Under the pieces are notes generated by a model, which made no database searches, was not told where the DNA came from, and was given only the letters and a program-made list of their open reading frames with translations. The position numbers and the translations under genes were made by a program. A DNA stretch of 64,000 bases from Azolla caroliniana (lineage: Eukaryota > Plantae > Polypodiophyta): the NCBI GenBank assembly GCA_043228905.1, contig JBHGNT010000014.1, positions 9,114,001-9,178,000 of the forward strand. Direction: 5' to 3'. Positions 25,701 to 39,633 of the stretch are shown piece after piece (the stretch's first letter is position 1; each line of letters begins with the position of its first letter).

Positions 25701-27596
25701 GGAACAGGTTCTTCTATCCAATTTTTTTTCCTTCTTTTACTTTACTTTGGTCTATTGATTAGTAATAGACTCTTAACACAGTCCCTGTTAGGACTTGTAT
25801 AAAAGTGCTCATTGAACACATTGTATGTACAGAGTAACATAGAGTAGTATGATTGTTTAATAGAGTTGTGTTCTACTCTAATTTTGTCTCTCTCTTGTGT
25901 AAGGTTTCCATTAAACCTGTGTCTGTATTCTATTGCTATCTGGTTGAGTCGGTTTTGTCTTAGCTTCCACAATCATATTCTTTTACAGATCCCAATCTAC
26001 TACGACAACATAAGTAGCATGCAACTAGCCAAGAACCTTGCGTTTCATGTTTGGACAAAGCACATAGAAGTGCATTATCACTTTGTGTGTGAGCGGGTCC
26101 TTCGCGGAGAAGTCGAACGCCGATATGTTCGAACAGATCGGTAGGTTGCTGACATCTTTACCATGCCACTCGGTGTTGGCATAAAATGCCGCCTCCCACT
26201 TTGTATCTTAGTGTGAACACGTCCAAATAGTTAGAAATAGTTAGGGCTTAGTATATAAGCTCTAACCCAACATTGTAATGTTAACCTTTTGTATATTGAG
26301 TCTCTTAGAGAGAAAGAGTTAAAGAATAATGAGAGCTTCCATTAGAGCTTGAACTGTATCTACGTTTCCATCATTTCTTCTGTTATACTCTCTGTGTTGT
26401 TTGTTGTGTAGATAACCTACAAATCCTCACATACTTTTGCATACGTATCGAACCCCATATCCATCAAGTGATATCAGAGTGACTTGTTGTTTAGCGGCAA
26501 CAAAACAGAAGAGAAAGCTGAAAGAAAAGACAAGGTCGGCAAAAATCTCATTTTCAAAAGAACATAGCTTCAACATCTGGTACAGTCGTTGAAATCCGAA
26601 AGTTTGATGGCAAAAACTTTGCCTTGTGGAAGGAGATGATGCATGATGTGTTGATCATCATAAGACAGGTCGAAGCCAGTTGACATAGTGAACAACCTGC
26701 TTCGATGACAACCAAAGAGTGGAGATCCATAAATGAAATCGCGCACTCCACCATCCGAATGCATCTAGCTGAAAACATCTACTTCAGCATGGCCAAGGAG
26801 ACGACATCATTCTCGTTATGGGAGAAGTTGCAGGTTGTGTATGAAAAGAAGTCCTCATCTTCAAAATTGATATTGATTAGACAATTGTTCAACATGAAGA
26901 TGAGAGAAACCGATCCAGCCACCTCCCACATCAACACCTTCAACCGGGTGGTGTGTGGACTCTCCTCCCAAGGGATTAACTTCGAAGAAGAAGTGAAAGC
27001 CCTTGCCCTCCTATCGAGCTTTTCGGCAAGTTGGGAGGTATTCTGCACGACCTTCGCCAAAATAGCCCTAGGCTGAACTTGGATGAAACAATCGGCCAAA
27101 TCCTCACTAAGGATGGAACTCACCATCGATGAGTCGGCAAAAGCCCATCACTTGACCGAGTCGATCGACTAATCCATTCGATCAAGAGAACAAGCCGATA
27201 GAACCAGTCGAAACCATAGTCGATCAAGAACGAGGGGAGACCGACAACGGTTGAAGTCGAGAATGAGTTGATTAGGTGAATTCTACACCCATTGCAGAAA
27301 AGCCGGTCACAACATTTCCGAGTGTTGGTCGATCAAGAGGAAAGAGAGTGCTTAGTGATCCGAGCGGAATCAAGGATGATTGTTACTCCTAAGGGCCGGA
27401 CAATAGCCTAACACAAGTGTCTACGGAAGACACTTTACCAAAGGGTGTTACGGCGAGGTAACTTAAACTAACGATTGATCAGACCTTTATCGGCTACTTA
27501 AGCAACAGACCATGAATCTTAATACACGCGTTGTCGAGTTGTTACGCTCTTCGCGTGCGGAAAAGAGGCGGGATCGCGAGGGCCTTGAACCAAGGA

Positions 27597-27751
27597 GGCA
27601 AGTCGTTACGAACCGATGCACGTCCCGGTATAGTCCCAGCTACCAGTACTTCCCCTTCAGCTTCTCGAATGTGACCCATGTCCCGCGGTGTCCAACCCAA
27701 GGACTCTCGTGGTACTCCATAAGCAGCGCTTTCTGCTCGTCCTCCCTCGCC
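27597..27751 (-). pseudogene. Gypsy integrase zinc-binding (H2C2) fragment
   Basis: Manual minus-strand translation AREDEQKALLMEYHESPWVGHRGTWVTFEKLKGKYW*LGLYRDVHRFVTTC is homologous to the start of ORF 50412-51713 (ELHDKEWAGHRGVWATFSKIKERFWW). Confidence 0.8.
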
Positions 27752-29324
27752 ACTACACCAATGTTGATTGGGCCGGAAACGTCGGCGATTGCCGATCCAC
27801 GTCCGATTTCGCGTTCTCTCTCTCGAGTGTTGCGATCGCGTGGAGTAGCAAGAAGCAGCTGACAATTGCGATGTTGAGCACCGAAGCCGAGTATAGAGGA
27901 GCGGCTGTCGTGACATGCGAAGCCATATGATTGAAGTGGCTACTTCAGGATCTGCAGGTAGAGGTATACGATCCAACGTAGCAAGAAGCAACTGACAATT
28001 GCGATGTTGAGCACCAAAGCCGAGTATAGAGGAGCGGCTGTCGTGACATGCGAAGCCATATGATTGAAGTGGCTACTTCAGGATCTGCAAGTAGAGGTAT
28101 ACGATCCAACGACAATCTACTGCGACAACCTCAGCAGTATCCAACTTGCAAAGAACCCCGTTTTCCACACCCAGACTAAGCACATTGAGGTACGCTACCA
28201 TTTCCTCCGGGAGTGTGTCCTCTCCGGTGTAGTCGAACTTCAGTATGTTCCGACGGATCGGCAGACCGTCGACATCTTCACCAAGCCTCTTGGTTTGGAC
28301 AAGTTGCGGCAATTCTCGGGTGCGCTTGGGTTGCATCACCTCAACGTGCCGAACTTGAGGGGGAGAGACATCCATGACGACCACGGAAGGGAGCAGGAAA
28401 GGAGCGGAAAAGACCGTGATGTCGAGTCGGATGACGAATTTGATTTCGGATCAGCTGAAGAAGCCGAGGGCGGACCTGCGAAAGATTCCGGAAGCGGAAT
28501 AAGGGGAGCAGTCAAAAGAAAGAGCTGAAGCCATCAAGGGCAAGAAGATCGAAGACGAGTTGGAGGCGGCCAACTAGGACGAGAGCGAAAACCGATCGGA
28601 GGAAGCCGAGTTGGTTCGGATGTTTGATTCAGATACGTTGAATCAACCAAGGGCCAAGTGGGAGAGAAGGCAACATAAGAGGCGCCAACACCGCAATAGC
28701 AAGGAAGCTGAGAAGGGCCGTGTAAGCAGACAAGCCGATCGGAAGGGTCGAGGAGCGCGAGCGAGGCATGAAGCCAGAAGGAACCAGAGCGTAGGTCCGG
28801 CGGAGCAGGTGGAACCTCAAGTTGAGCTTGAGGGGGAGTGTTGAGAGACAAGCTCAACATTCATGCGTAATACGATGCGTAACCCAATGCGTAGACGGGG
28901 TGCGTAAATCGGTACGCACAACATGGACGGATCGGATGTGCAAGCTGAGAACCGGATTGGTTGGGACCGATCGATTAGGCTGGACCGATGTGTAAATCGG
29001 TACGCATAACATGGCCGTATCGGTGCGTAAATTGGAAGGCCATTAGGAAGATATTCCTCGTAAGGAATAATTTTGGGAGTTAGCGTAGTAGGCTCATTTA
29101 TGAGCGGTCAAGTACTGTCAATACTTATGTCAGCCCTATTGTCAAGGCTTGTATAAAAGGTGCTCACTGAGCACAGTGTATGTACAGATCGAGTATTATT
29201 TTTGAATTTAGTTTCTGTGTGTTCTCTCTGTCTCTCCTACGTACTGTGTATACTCAAGCTCTCCATTAAACCTGCCTATTTTCTGTGTTCGGTTTTCTAT
29301 TGCTTCCGCACGTAATCTTTCTCA
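27752..29324 (+). mobile_element. 3' part of a Copia family D element: RNase H, 3' extension, PPT and LTR 28839-29324
   Basis: YTNVDWAGNVGDCRSTS and IYCDNLSSIQLAKNPVFH. PPT TTGAGGGGGAG at 28828-28838. LTR TGTTG...CTCA. A 133-bp tandem duplication starts at 27845 and 27978. Confidence 0.88.
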
Positions 29325-32300
29325 ACCCCAAAGATATGCGAATAATTTTTGCCGAGTTGGCCTCGTTGGGACTCTCCTCTCGGGAGCTGCACAAACCGCA
29401 CCTTTGGTCGAAACATCATCGCCACTTCTCAACAATTTTTCTGCTTTCCTAGAAGAGTTCGAGGCGACATTTGGGGATACGGATCGGTGTCTAACAAGCC
29501 TTACCAAACTCTATTCATTACATCAAGGTAAGCGTCCAGTGTTTGTTTATGCATCCGAATTTAGACAATTGGCATGTGATGTTCAGTGGGACGACCAAGC
29601 CCTTTGTGACCATTTTCGTCGGGGCCTTCGAAGTGATGTTAAGAATCTACTACTAAACTTCCCGGAGCCGACTTCATTATCGCAAGCCATCAGGCAAGCA
29701 GTCAGTTGTGACAACCGCCTTTTTGACCTCGACAAGAGGAACGGGCCACTTCCAAGTTGTCGCCCTTTCTCCACGTTAAACCTATGGTACAACCCCAAAT
29801 GACTGCGAGATCTTCACCAACGATATCGTTCAATGATCCTATGCCGTTGGAAATTGATCGAGCTCGAGCCCCACTCACCACAGCCGAACAACACCATCGA
29901 CGAACCAATAGGCTATGTCTATACTGCGACGCCTCCACCCATCTAATTCGTCCACTTAAAAGCAATCTGTGACAAGTCTATCGGGACAATCCAACTAGTG
30001 GGTCCCAACATTCGGAAAACGATGATGTCCAACTATAGTAGGATCCATGCGGTTGGACAACAGACATACATGTTGCTCCCAAAGTTCTACTAACGACTTT
30101 TCCTTCGAGGTAACTCTCTATTTCCAGTCTATTTCAATTCAATCCTTAGCGCTACTCGATTTCGGGGCCACAACGTGTTTTATGGACAAAACGTTCATTC
30201 GTAAACACAACTTTCATGTTGTTCGGTTGTCCAAGCCTATCCTAGACGAAGCTATCGATGGGCGAATGCTCTCCTCATGCGCAGTCACCAAAACCACGGT
30301 CCCCCTCATTTTGCAGCTCGGGACCCATCATGAGGCCTTATCATTTTACCTCATCACTTCACTATGGCATCCAATCATACTTGGGTTGTCTTGGTTGGAA
30401 GCGAATAACCCTGTTATAGATTGGCACAACCACTCACTTACTTTTCAATTGCAAACTCATATGGAGGTTGGAGCGGCTTCCAATGTTGCTATGTCAGAAT
30501 GGCTTGAATCATTTTCTATCGAGCACTCCTCTATTCAACTCGGACCAATGCACTCGGATGCTCATGCCCCAGTCACAATGCACTCTGTCTGAATGGGAAA
30601 TGACTCAGAATTGAGTACCCAGCTTTGGTTCCTATGAAAGCCAATTTGGACTCGCTTCCATTAGAATATGGTGACTTTGTTGATGTGTTCGAGAAGAAGA
30701 ATGCAGATCACTTACTAGAGCATCGACCATATGATTGTCCGATTGATCTACAAGAGGGCACATCTCCACCCTTTGGGCCCATCTATGGTCTCTCTGAACC
30801 AGAACTAGAGGCTCTTCGCACATATCTTGATGAAAATTTGGAGAAGGGCTTCATCCAACCGTTTAAGTCACCAATTGGGGCCCCCATCCTGTTTGTGAAG
30901 AAAAAGGATGGATCGTTGCGTGTATATGTGGATTACCGTGGCCTCAATAAAATCACAGTACGTAATCAATACCCTTTACCTCTCATCATAGAGCTCTCGA
31001 TCGCCTTCGTTGTGCACAGGTCTTCTCCAAGATTGCTTGCGGGGGATCATACAACTTGGTTCGGATTAAACCTAGTGATAAATGGAAGACGTCATTTCGT
31101 ACGAACATTCGAGTACAAGGTAATGCCTTTTGGGCTCACCAATGCTCCAGCTATTTTTCAACATATGATGAATGACATATTTCAAGAATATCTCGATCAC
31201 TTTGTCGTTATCTACCTTGATGACATTCTTGTCTTCTCGTCCAGCATTGAAGAGCATACTCACCATGTTCGATTGATTCTCTCGAAACTCAGGGAGCATG
31301 GCCTCTATGCCAAGAGAGAAAAATGTGAGTTTGATTGCAATTTAATAGAATTTCTGGGTTATGTTAGTTCCCCCCAAGGCATCACCATGGATCCAAGGAA
31401 AATCAAGACAATTCAAGAATGGGCCCCTCCAAAACGAGTAAAGGATGTCTAGTCGTTCCTTGGTTTCGCAAATTTCTATCGGCGATTTATCAAGGGGTTC
31501 TCCGTCATAGTCCAACCCTTGATTGAGCTTACTCATAAAGGTATATCGTTTCAATGGACTCTATCTACTCAACACGCCTTCGACCTACTCAAGGTAGTCC
31601 TCCTTCACGTCGACCCTACTAAGCCTTTTCAAGTTGAAACAGATGCCTCTGACTTTGCCAGTGGTGCCATCTTATCCCAACCCGATGATGATGGCATCCT
31701 ACATCCGGTGGCGTACTACTCCCAAAAATTCACAGCTCTAGAAATCAACTATCCCATCTATGACAAGGAGCTCGCGGCTATAGAGGCAGCTTTCACAATG
31801 TGGAGACCTTACTTGGCTAGGGCGCAACATTGGGTTCAAGTATTAACAGATCATAAAAATTTATTGTATTTCTCAACAACCCGTACTTTGAATCGGTGGC
31901 AAGCCCGTTGGTCAACTTTCTTAGATGACTATGACTTTGAAATTGTCTTTCGGCTGAGGGCACAAAACATGAAGGTTGATGCTCTTTCACGACAATCGGA
32001 TTTTGAGTTGAGCTCAAGGGATGATGCCTATGCTCAACAATCTCAATGTTTGCTTAAACCAAATCAATTCCAGTTCTTCGCCACATGCATGCTCCATGAC
32101 GACTCTTTGCTTGAGGAGATAGCCAAAGCACTTCCCATTGACAAATTCGCCAACGCAATTCAGGAAGGTCTTATCGATCTGTCTAAATCCAAGACCAAGG
32201 AAGACCTTGACTACTTCAGATTCAACCGATTGCTTTACCGATACCAACTCTTATATGTTCCGGAGGGCCGATGTCGAACTCAAGTTCTCCAAAAGTGTCA

Positions 32301-33998
32301 TGATTCAACCCCTTAGCTGGTCATATTAGCATTACAAAGACACTCGAATTAATCTCACGAGGATATTGGTGGCCTCAACCATGGAAGTTCGTCAAGGAAT
32401 TCATCAAGACATGTGATACTTGTGCCAAATCCAAAGTCGTCCACCATAGGCCATATGGGTTGCTCCAACCACTTCCCATTCCCAACTGGCCTTGGGCATC
32501 AATTTCCATGGATTTCATCACTGACTTGTCTCTTGTCCACGAATATGACACAGTGTTCGTCATGGTAGATCAGTTTACAAAGATGGCTCATTTTGCCCCT
32601 TGTGCAAAGACTATTTCAGTAGAAGCAACAATTGATCTATTTTTAAAGAATGTGGTGCGGCTTCACGGGGTCCCAGATGATGTCACCTTAGATCGCGGAC
32701 CCCAATTTGTCTCTCGTTTTTGGCGACGGCTCCTTCAAACATTGGGCACAACAGTGAATTTGTCTTCGTCCTATCATCCTCAAACCGATGGTCAAATGGA
32801 GTGGGTGAACCAAATTCTTGATCAATACCTTTGATGCTCACTTAGTTATCAGCAAGATGATTGGGTTGACCTCCTACCCTTGTTAGAGTTCACATAGAAT
32901 AATACGCTACATAATTCAACTAGGGTCACCCCATTTTTCGCCAACTATGGTCTTCATCCTCGCTTCAGTATTTCCATCCTTTGCGACTCTGTCAACCCAT
33001 CAGCGGAAGGACGTGCTCGTATTTTTGCCGACATTCATCAAGACCTCTCCCTTGAACTCATCCTTGCAAGGGACCGGTATAAAGTGCAAGCTGATTGACA
33101 TCGTTCCACTACGCCCGCCTTTGCAGTTGTTGATCAAGTTTGGCTCTTACGTCACCATGTCGATACTGCTTGACCTTGCGGAAAGTTAGATTACAAGAAG
33201 TTGGGGCCTTTCCGCATCATTGAGTGTGTCAATCCCGTCACTTTCTGACTAGAACTTCCTCCACATTTTCAGACTCGTAATGTCTTCCATGCCTCTCTTC
33301 TCGAACCTTATCATCCATCCACTATTCCTGGAAGACGCTCTCCACCTCCACCTCCAATTGAGCTTTCCACAGGTGAGGAGTATGAGGTGGACAAGATTCT
33401 AGACTGTCGTTGGCATAGACGACAACTTCAATACTTAGTCCTATGGAAAGGGTATCCCATTTCAGAGGCAACTTGGGAACCAACCCAACACTTAGAGAAT
33501 GCACTGGATGTTGTTCATGCATTTCATCACCAATATCCACAAAAATTGGGGAGGCATCTTCGGAGGCGGCCTTAGCAAGAGGATAATGTCATGGACAAGA
33601 CAACAATCATGTCATGAATCGAACTCTTGACCTACTGTATTTAATCAATATGTTTTAACCAATACATCCAATACATAATCATGTTACCTTACTAGATTAT
33701 AGTAGATTATCTATTCTACATGTAGGATTTTAGAAGCTTCCAGAAAGCTCTAGAAGCTAGAACATTCTAGAAGCTTGTGCATCGAAATGAGTCTTTGCAT
33801 GGGGCTACATTTAGAGCCCATAAACATGTATAAATCCAGGGGTTCACCTTAGCCTTAGTCAAGGTGAACAACACCAGTTATAGAATCATAATTCAGTTCT
33901 TGTTCTCTTGACTATTGTCTCTCTCTCTTTCTTATTATCTTGTCTATGATCTCTCTCTCACTCTCATAGTATTGAGCCTCGTCTACTTGTCCATGACA
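29325..33998 (+). mobile_element. Tcn1-like Ty3/Gypsy chromovirus, family 3; 5' end missing, 3' LTR at 33587-33998
   Basis: gag YASEFRQLACDVQWDDQAL and PMPLEID, protease [23 protein letters not shown], RNase H ETDASDFA, integrase ISMDFITDL, chromodomain YEVDKILDCR...QYLVLWKGYPISEATWEP. The LTR has a 13-bp terminal inverted repeat TGTCATGGACAAG. Confidence 0.9.
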
Positions 33999-36920
33999 GT
34001 AGCTACATAGTCATCAATGAAGACTCTATCCTCTCTAAGCGGAACTAGCAGAAAATAGTTGGTCAAAAGGTATCCTTTGAAATCGACAGAAATGTTGTAG
34101 AAGGACTTACCCACCGAGCTGAACCAGAGATTCGGCAAACAGTCGAACTCGACACATCCGACAATATGCCTACCGACTCTAAATCGGCAAGAGGTCCACT
34201 AGTCGAAACGGATTTGACTAAGAGATTGACAAGATCAACACTGGCCAACCAAGGCAAAGACTAATCGATAAGAATTGAGATAGGCAAAGTTAAGAAGTGT
34301 CAAGTTGAAAAAGAGTTGATTCAGCCGACACACCCAAAAAGGCTAAGGGGAAAAGCTTGCATGAGTTGGTTAAGACTCCTATCTTCAAGTCAATCGATCC
34401 CAAAGCAGGGGAGGATGACGTGACATCGTCGAACTCCTATTGCAGGGGCGAGTCATACAACAAGACCCTTGACATAAGTGGTTCAACAAATGCCGATAGA
34501 ACGACAAAGCCAATCGAAGTATCTGACTCGATCACTTCAGCCCCCAGTAGATTCGGACGAGTTCGAAGGCCGACAGAGTTCTATCAACCGGGCCTCGACT
34601 ATGTCTACTACACCAATGCATGCGAACCTAGCACATATGAAGAAGTTATAGCCGCACCGGACGCCGATACATGGATGCAAGCCATGAGATCCGAGATGGA
34701 CTCGATCCATCAGAACAATACATGGGAGTTGGTCGCACTACCAGCAGGAAGGAAGCCTCTACCTTGCAAATGGGTTTCGGGTACAAATATTTATGATTCG
34801 CCTCGTTGCAAAAGGGTTCAAACAAGGACATGGGGTCGACTAAAATGAAATATTCTCACTAGTAGTCAAGTTGACCACCCTTCGGCTCCTACTTGGGGTG
34901 GTGGCTACAGAAGAGCTAGAGCTTGGCAACCCCAATCTGACTACATCCACAAAGTGCTGAAGCGCTTCAACATGGACAACGCAAATCCAACACCAACACC
35001 ACTTCCAATGTTGATTCGACTATCGGACTGAGATTCTCCTTCGACTGATAAGGAGAGAGAGCTCAATGGAAAGATACCCTATGTATCGACCATAGGAAGT
35101 ATCATGTACGCGATGGTAGCGACTCGACCCGACCTTGCATATGTCGTATGGGTCGTCAATTGATACATGTCAAACCCAGGATGGATGCATTGGGAGGCCG
35201 TCATACACATCTTCAGGTACCTAAGAGGAACTGAAGATGCACAACTGACTTTCAGATCAGCAAATCCAACCGAAGTTGAAGGCTATACCGACTCTGATTA
35301 TGCCGGAAATACGGACAATCGGAGGTCGACATCATATTATGTTTTCATCTATGCTATATCATGGAGGTCAAAGCTGCAAGAGTGCACGACCCTTTCTACC
35401 ACAGAGACCGAGTAAGTAGTAGCATCAGAGCCAACGAAGGAAGCAATCTGGCTGCACCGACTATCAGCCAACTTCTCAACGACAAGTTGAATCGACCATC
35501 TAGAGCCGACCATCTAATGCGACTCACAGAGCGCAATACACCGCATTCGGAACCCAGTCTATCAAGCAAAGATGAAACACATTAGTAACCAAAAAAAGGC
35601 TCCAAGTCCGGAAGATCAACATCGAGGTGAACATCGTTGATTGCTTGACGAAGTCACTCTCAAATCAACGCTTTGGAGCACTATGGACAAAGATGGGACT
35701 ACGACAAGCGATTGAGTAGAAGGTAAGTTGAAAACCAACCTGAACAGACTCACCAGAGAAGCGAAGTCCACAGATTCGGAAACACAAGAGTCTAAAGAAA
35801 CATCATTTAGCGAGGATATCTACTGGAAAGGAAATGATTGAGAGGTGAACAAACTCGGATACAAATCGAGGATCTAACGAGGAGCACAGGAGCAATGGTG
35901 CGTGTACAACAAACAATCGACACTAGGCTGAAATCGAGAATCGGATACAAGTTGACTCCGACAAACGGACCAATTGGAAAGAAAGACAATTCGAACAAGT
36001 CGATTTGATCGACTCAAATCAACCAAACCTTGAGACTAGTCGAACTAAGCTAGACATTAACTTTATCTTTGCCGACTCGGCTATATGCCAACTCACTTGT
36101 ACATAAATTTAGATTAATTTTGTAATCTAGGTTTATGGGGGAGATAACCCCAAATCACTTGTATACTTATGAAAGAGTAGTCCTTTTACGGGGAAGTTTG
36201 TTGGCATAAAAGGCCGACTCCTTCCACTTTGTATTTTAGTGTGAACACGTCCAAATAGTTTGGGTTTAGTATATAAGCTCTAACCTAACATTGTAATGTT
36301 AACCTTTTGTATCTTGAGTCTCTCAGAGAGAAAGAGTTATAGAATAACGAGAGCTTCCATTAGAGCTTGAATTGTGTCTACCTTTCCATCCTTTCTTCTA
36401 TTATACTCTCTGTGTTGTTTGTTGTGCACATAATCTACAGGTCCACACATACTTCCACATACGTATCAAACCCCATATCCATCACTCGAATTGGACAAGT
36501 TGCATCATTTTTCGGAGATGCTTGGGTTACAACATCTCGACATGCCGCACTTGAGGGGGAGAACCGAAGTAGGTAAAGGCACCAGAGAAGTAGCCGGAAA
36601 CAAGGAGGACAAGACTAAAACAGGGGGAGACAAGAAGGAAAAGGAAGCCAAGTTGGCCGAAGAAGTCGACACATCTGATCAAGTCAGAACAAGTGGCTAC
36701 AATGATGGAGTTAAGAAGGACAGAGCCGGCCAGAAGAAGAAGGCCAAGACCTAGACATGGTCTGAGGTGGTAAAGGGCCTGAAGATCAACGACAAGTTGG
36801 AGACAACCAACTTGGACAAGAGCTGGAACGAATCGGAGGCAACCGATTCGGAGGAGCCGAATCAACTGAAGGGCAAACAGATGAGAAGGCAACGGAAGGC
36901 GACACCAACAAGGAGGAACC

Positions 36921-37690
36921 GAAGTCACAACAAAGAAGGAGCTGAGATGGGCCTTATGAGTAGGCAAGCTGACCGGAAGGGTCGAGGTGCGCGGAACTGG
37001 ATGGGTCGTGGGAAGCAGGATGGGACGAGACGAGGAGCGCGAGCAAGGCGGGAAGATGCTAGGAGGAGCTGGAGGAAAGGACCGGTGGACACTGACACTA
37101 CGATCCGACCCCAAGTTGAGCTTGAGGGTGAATTTTGAGCGGACAAGCTCAACATGGTCCGGAACGAATAACTGGATTGGTGTCCGTAACGGAGATCCAG
37201 ATCAGTGTTTGAATCTCAATGAACCAGTAGGCCGTTAGAGGCCTACAATCCTAGCCTAGTACGTAGGCATATATTTTAGGAGTCAGTGTTAGTCGCTCGG
37301 TACGAGTCAATAAGAGCCGGAGTCACAACAGAGAAGGAGTTGAGATGGGCCTTATGAGTAGGGACGCCGACCGAAAGGGTCAAGGTGCACGGAACTAGAC
37401 GGGTCTTACGAAACGGGACGGGACGGGACGAGGAGCATGAGCAAGGCGGGAAGATGCCAGGAGGAGCTAGAGGAAAGGACCGGTGGACATTGACACTACG
37501 GTCCAACCTCAAGTTCAACTTAAGGTTGAGTTTTGAGCGGACAAGCTCAACATGGTCCGGAACGAAGAGCTGGATCGGTGTCCGGATCTGAATGAACTAG
37601 TAGGCCGTTAGAGGCCTACAATCCTAGCCTAGTATGTAGGCATATTTTTAGGAGTTAGTGTTAGTCGCTCCGTACGAGTGAAGTACATGT
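36921..37690 (+). repeat. Diverged tandem duplication of about 398 bp spanning the Copia D 3' extension, PPT and LTR start
   Basis: agtcacaaca.agaaggag.tgagatgggccttatgagtagg at about 36923 and 37321. ttttgagcggacaagctcaacatggtccgg at about 37133 and 37531. Confidence 0.85.
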
Positions 37691-39550
37691 CAGTACTTCT
37701 GTCAGTCCTTTTAAGGACTTGTATAAAAGTGCTCAGCGAGCACATTGTATGTACAAAGTGATTATTGAAATTGAGTTTATTTTGTTCTACTCTCTCTATC
37801 TCTCCCGTGTAATATCTGTTTTCTCTACGCTTCGTGAAACTTCCATTAAACCTACAAATATTTTTTGTTCATAACCGGTGAAGTCGGATATGTGTACGAG
37901 CTTTTGCATGCAACTCGTCTGAGGGGGAACCTTAACTACCTAATAACTATGTGTGATATGATGTAACTTCTATGACACATTAGTTATGTTACATAGTAGT
38001 GGTGGTGTATCCACACACTTGTATACTTAAAGTGTATTCACACCATAGGAGAAGTTGAGTTTGATTCTCAACAATCTCATTATCTAAAAAAAGAGTGAAT
38101 TGTGGGCATTCAAACAAAAAAGCTGCATGTATGTGTCGATACCCTAATTTAATGGGGTAAAAAAGACGACATTTGGATGAGGTTTACGACCACTCCAATG
38201 ATGTGGACACATAGATGGTGCCGCAAAGAGGAAACAACCGTGGAACTACCGGCCCCCACGCTGGCTGTTTCCTACTCCCAAATTGACATCACGACGATTG
38301 AACATGAGATTGGGTGGATGTCGTGTGTGTGTGATATCGATTACACAAAAGTCTCACCAATCGTCCACCACCAAAAGCATGTATGTGTACATATTGTATA
38401 CATATGTATGTCAAGGTATTACTGTACGTGTGTGTGTGTGAAAGCGTTGTTGGTTAGGGCTCTCTACTCTCTCTTTGTCCATAAGAAGGGATTTTCACTG
38501 TTCGTCTTGTGACTCACCTAACGAGCAGAATACTGTTTGCTCCCTCTGTATTTCTGTGTTTTATATCTGCCTACGCTTTTGGTCCTGGAGGTTTTGATGT
38601 GTGGATGATGTTTCTTTTCCAAATTTAAACTCAGCGGAGGCCTATGCAGGGAACTAATTTTTCTTGCAGATGGGCCATAATACATCTTAATTCTCTGACA
38701 CACAACTGCTCCCCCCCCTCCCCCTCTTTACTGTTTCCAGCGTATGGGAATGCGTACATGTAGTTGGGATTTTGGCAGCGTATTTTTCGTTATGTCTCTA
38801 TGGACGGCTGGGCAGAGATGCTCACTTTAACATGGAATAGTGGCATCTCAATCAGCTTTCCTCACATGGAAGTAGGGTTCTGAAACTTCTTTTTAATAAC
38901 ATGGAAGACTCTTCGTCTGTGTTTATCTCGAACTCTCACATTTATTACCTTGTCCTTGTCAGGCTCCGTAGGTTTAGATGTATTTCGATCCTATTTGTTT
39001 AACAGTGGTGCTTGGGAAGCACTGACGGTATTGCTTTTATGAGCAGCATCATAGCCTCTTGCACTTCCTGTCTGTACGATTTATGTTGTTATTACATACA
39101 TCTTATGAGAATTAATGGTGTGAGTTTTGCCGCGCTTCCAACAGAATCGTATCGTATCATTCAGATGTTTCCACTCTACATTATCTTAATAGTCTAGATC
39201 ACTATTTTGCGCTTCCAGCAGTCATATCGTATCGTTCAAAGGTCTACAAGGATGAGGGTTGGATCCTGCTTTATGGAGACAGGAGACAACGCTTGTTTTG
39301 AGGAATAAGTAACCAACCCAGACTATGGAATGTGATAGATGACTTGTTATAGAAAATGGACGTGACAAATCCACAACGGGATGTCTGAGGAAGATGAAAT
39401 GGATTATTCGTGAGAAAAAGTGCTATAACAATCCCTAAAGAGTTTGAAAGGAAGAAAAATGTTACTGTGACAAATTGGGAAGTTACTTATCTAGTTGAAG
39501 GACTTTTTGCATGAGGGATATCTGTAGTGGTTCCTAGAAGAACTTGCAGA

Positions 39551-39633
39551 ACCATTGTGATGTCAAAAATCCGCTACAGAAGGCCGTCGATGGACATTGA
39601 AACATTTTGGTAACGTTCATGATTCTGAATGGT
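39551..39633 (+). ncRNA. Possible box C/D snoRNA or snoRNA pseudogene
   Basis: Terminal stem ACCAT/ATGGT, box C GTGATGT (one mismatch), D'-like CAGA, C'-like CGATGG, box D CTGA at 39625-39628; 83 nt. Confidence 0.3.

Larger units (their letters stand above)
26174..36484 (+). mobile_element. Ty1/Copia element C (related to A), both LTRs present, internally deleted, with nested insertions
   Basis: LTRs at 26174-26466 and 36199-36484. Decayed iMet PBS TGATATCAGAGT at 26469. TSD CTCGG / CTCGA. gag at 26560-27380. RT and RNase H remnants at 34600-35700 (EMDSIHQNNTWELV, GYTDSDYAG). Confidence 0.88.
25745..37920 (+). mobile_element. Copia family D remnant (LTR piece, end of RNase H, 3' extension, partly duplicated 3' LTR) hosting element C
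   Basis: RNase H IYYDNISSMQLAKN...TKHIEVHYHF at about 25988-26173 resumes as LDKLHHFSEMLG after 36489. The 3' LTR starts at about 37133 and again at about 37531. Confidence 0.7.

Noticed and set aside
27542-27991. 149-aa minus-strand ORF as a novel gene
   Set aside because: It is an off-frame reading across the Gypsy integrase and Copia RNase H junction.
36527-37114. 195-aa antisense ORF in the Copia D 3' region
   Set aside because: GC-rich, low-complexity sequence with few stops and no recognisable domain. Only shorter antisense ORFs occur in the copy at 28534-28860.
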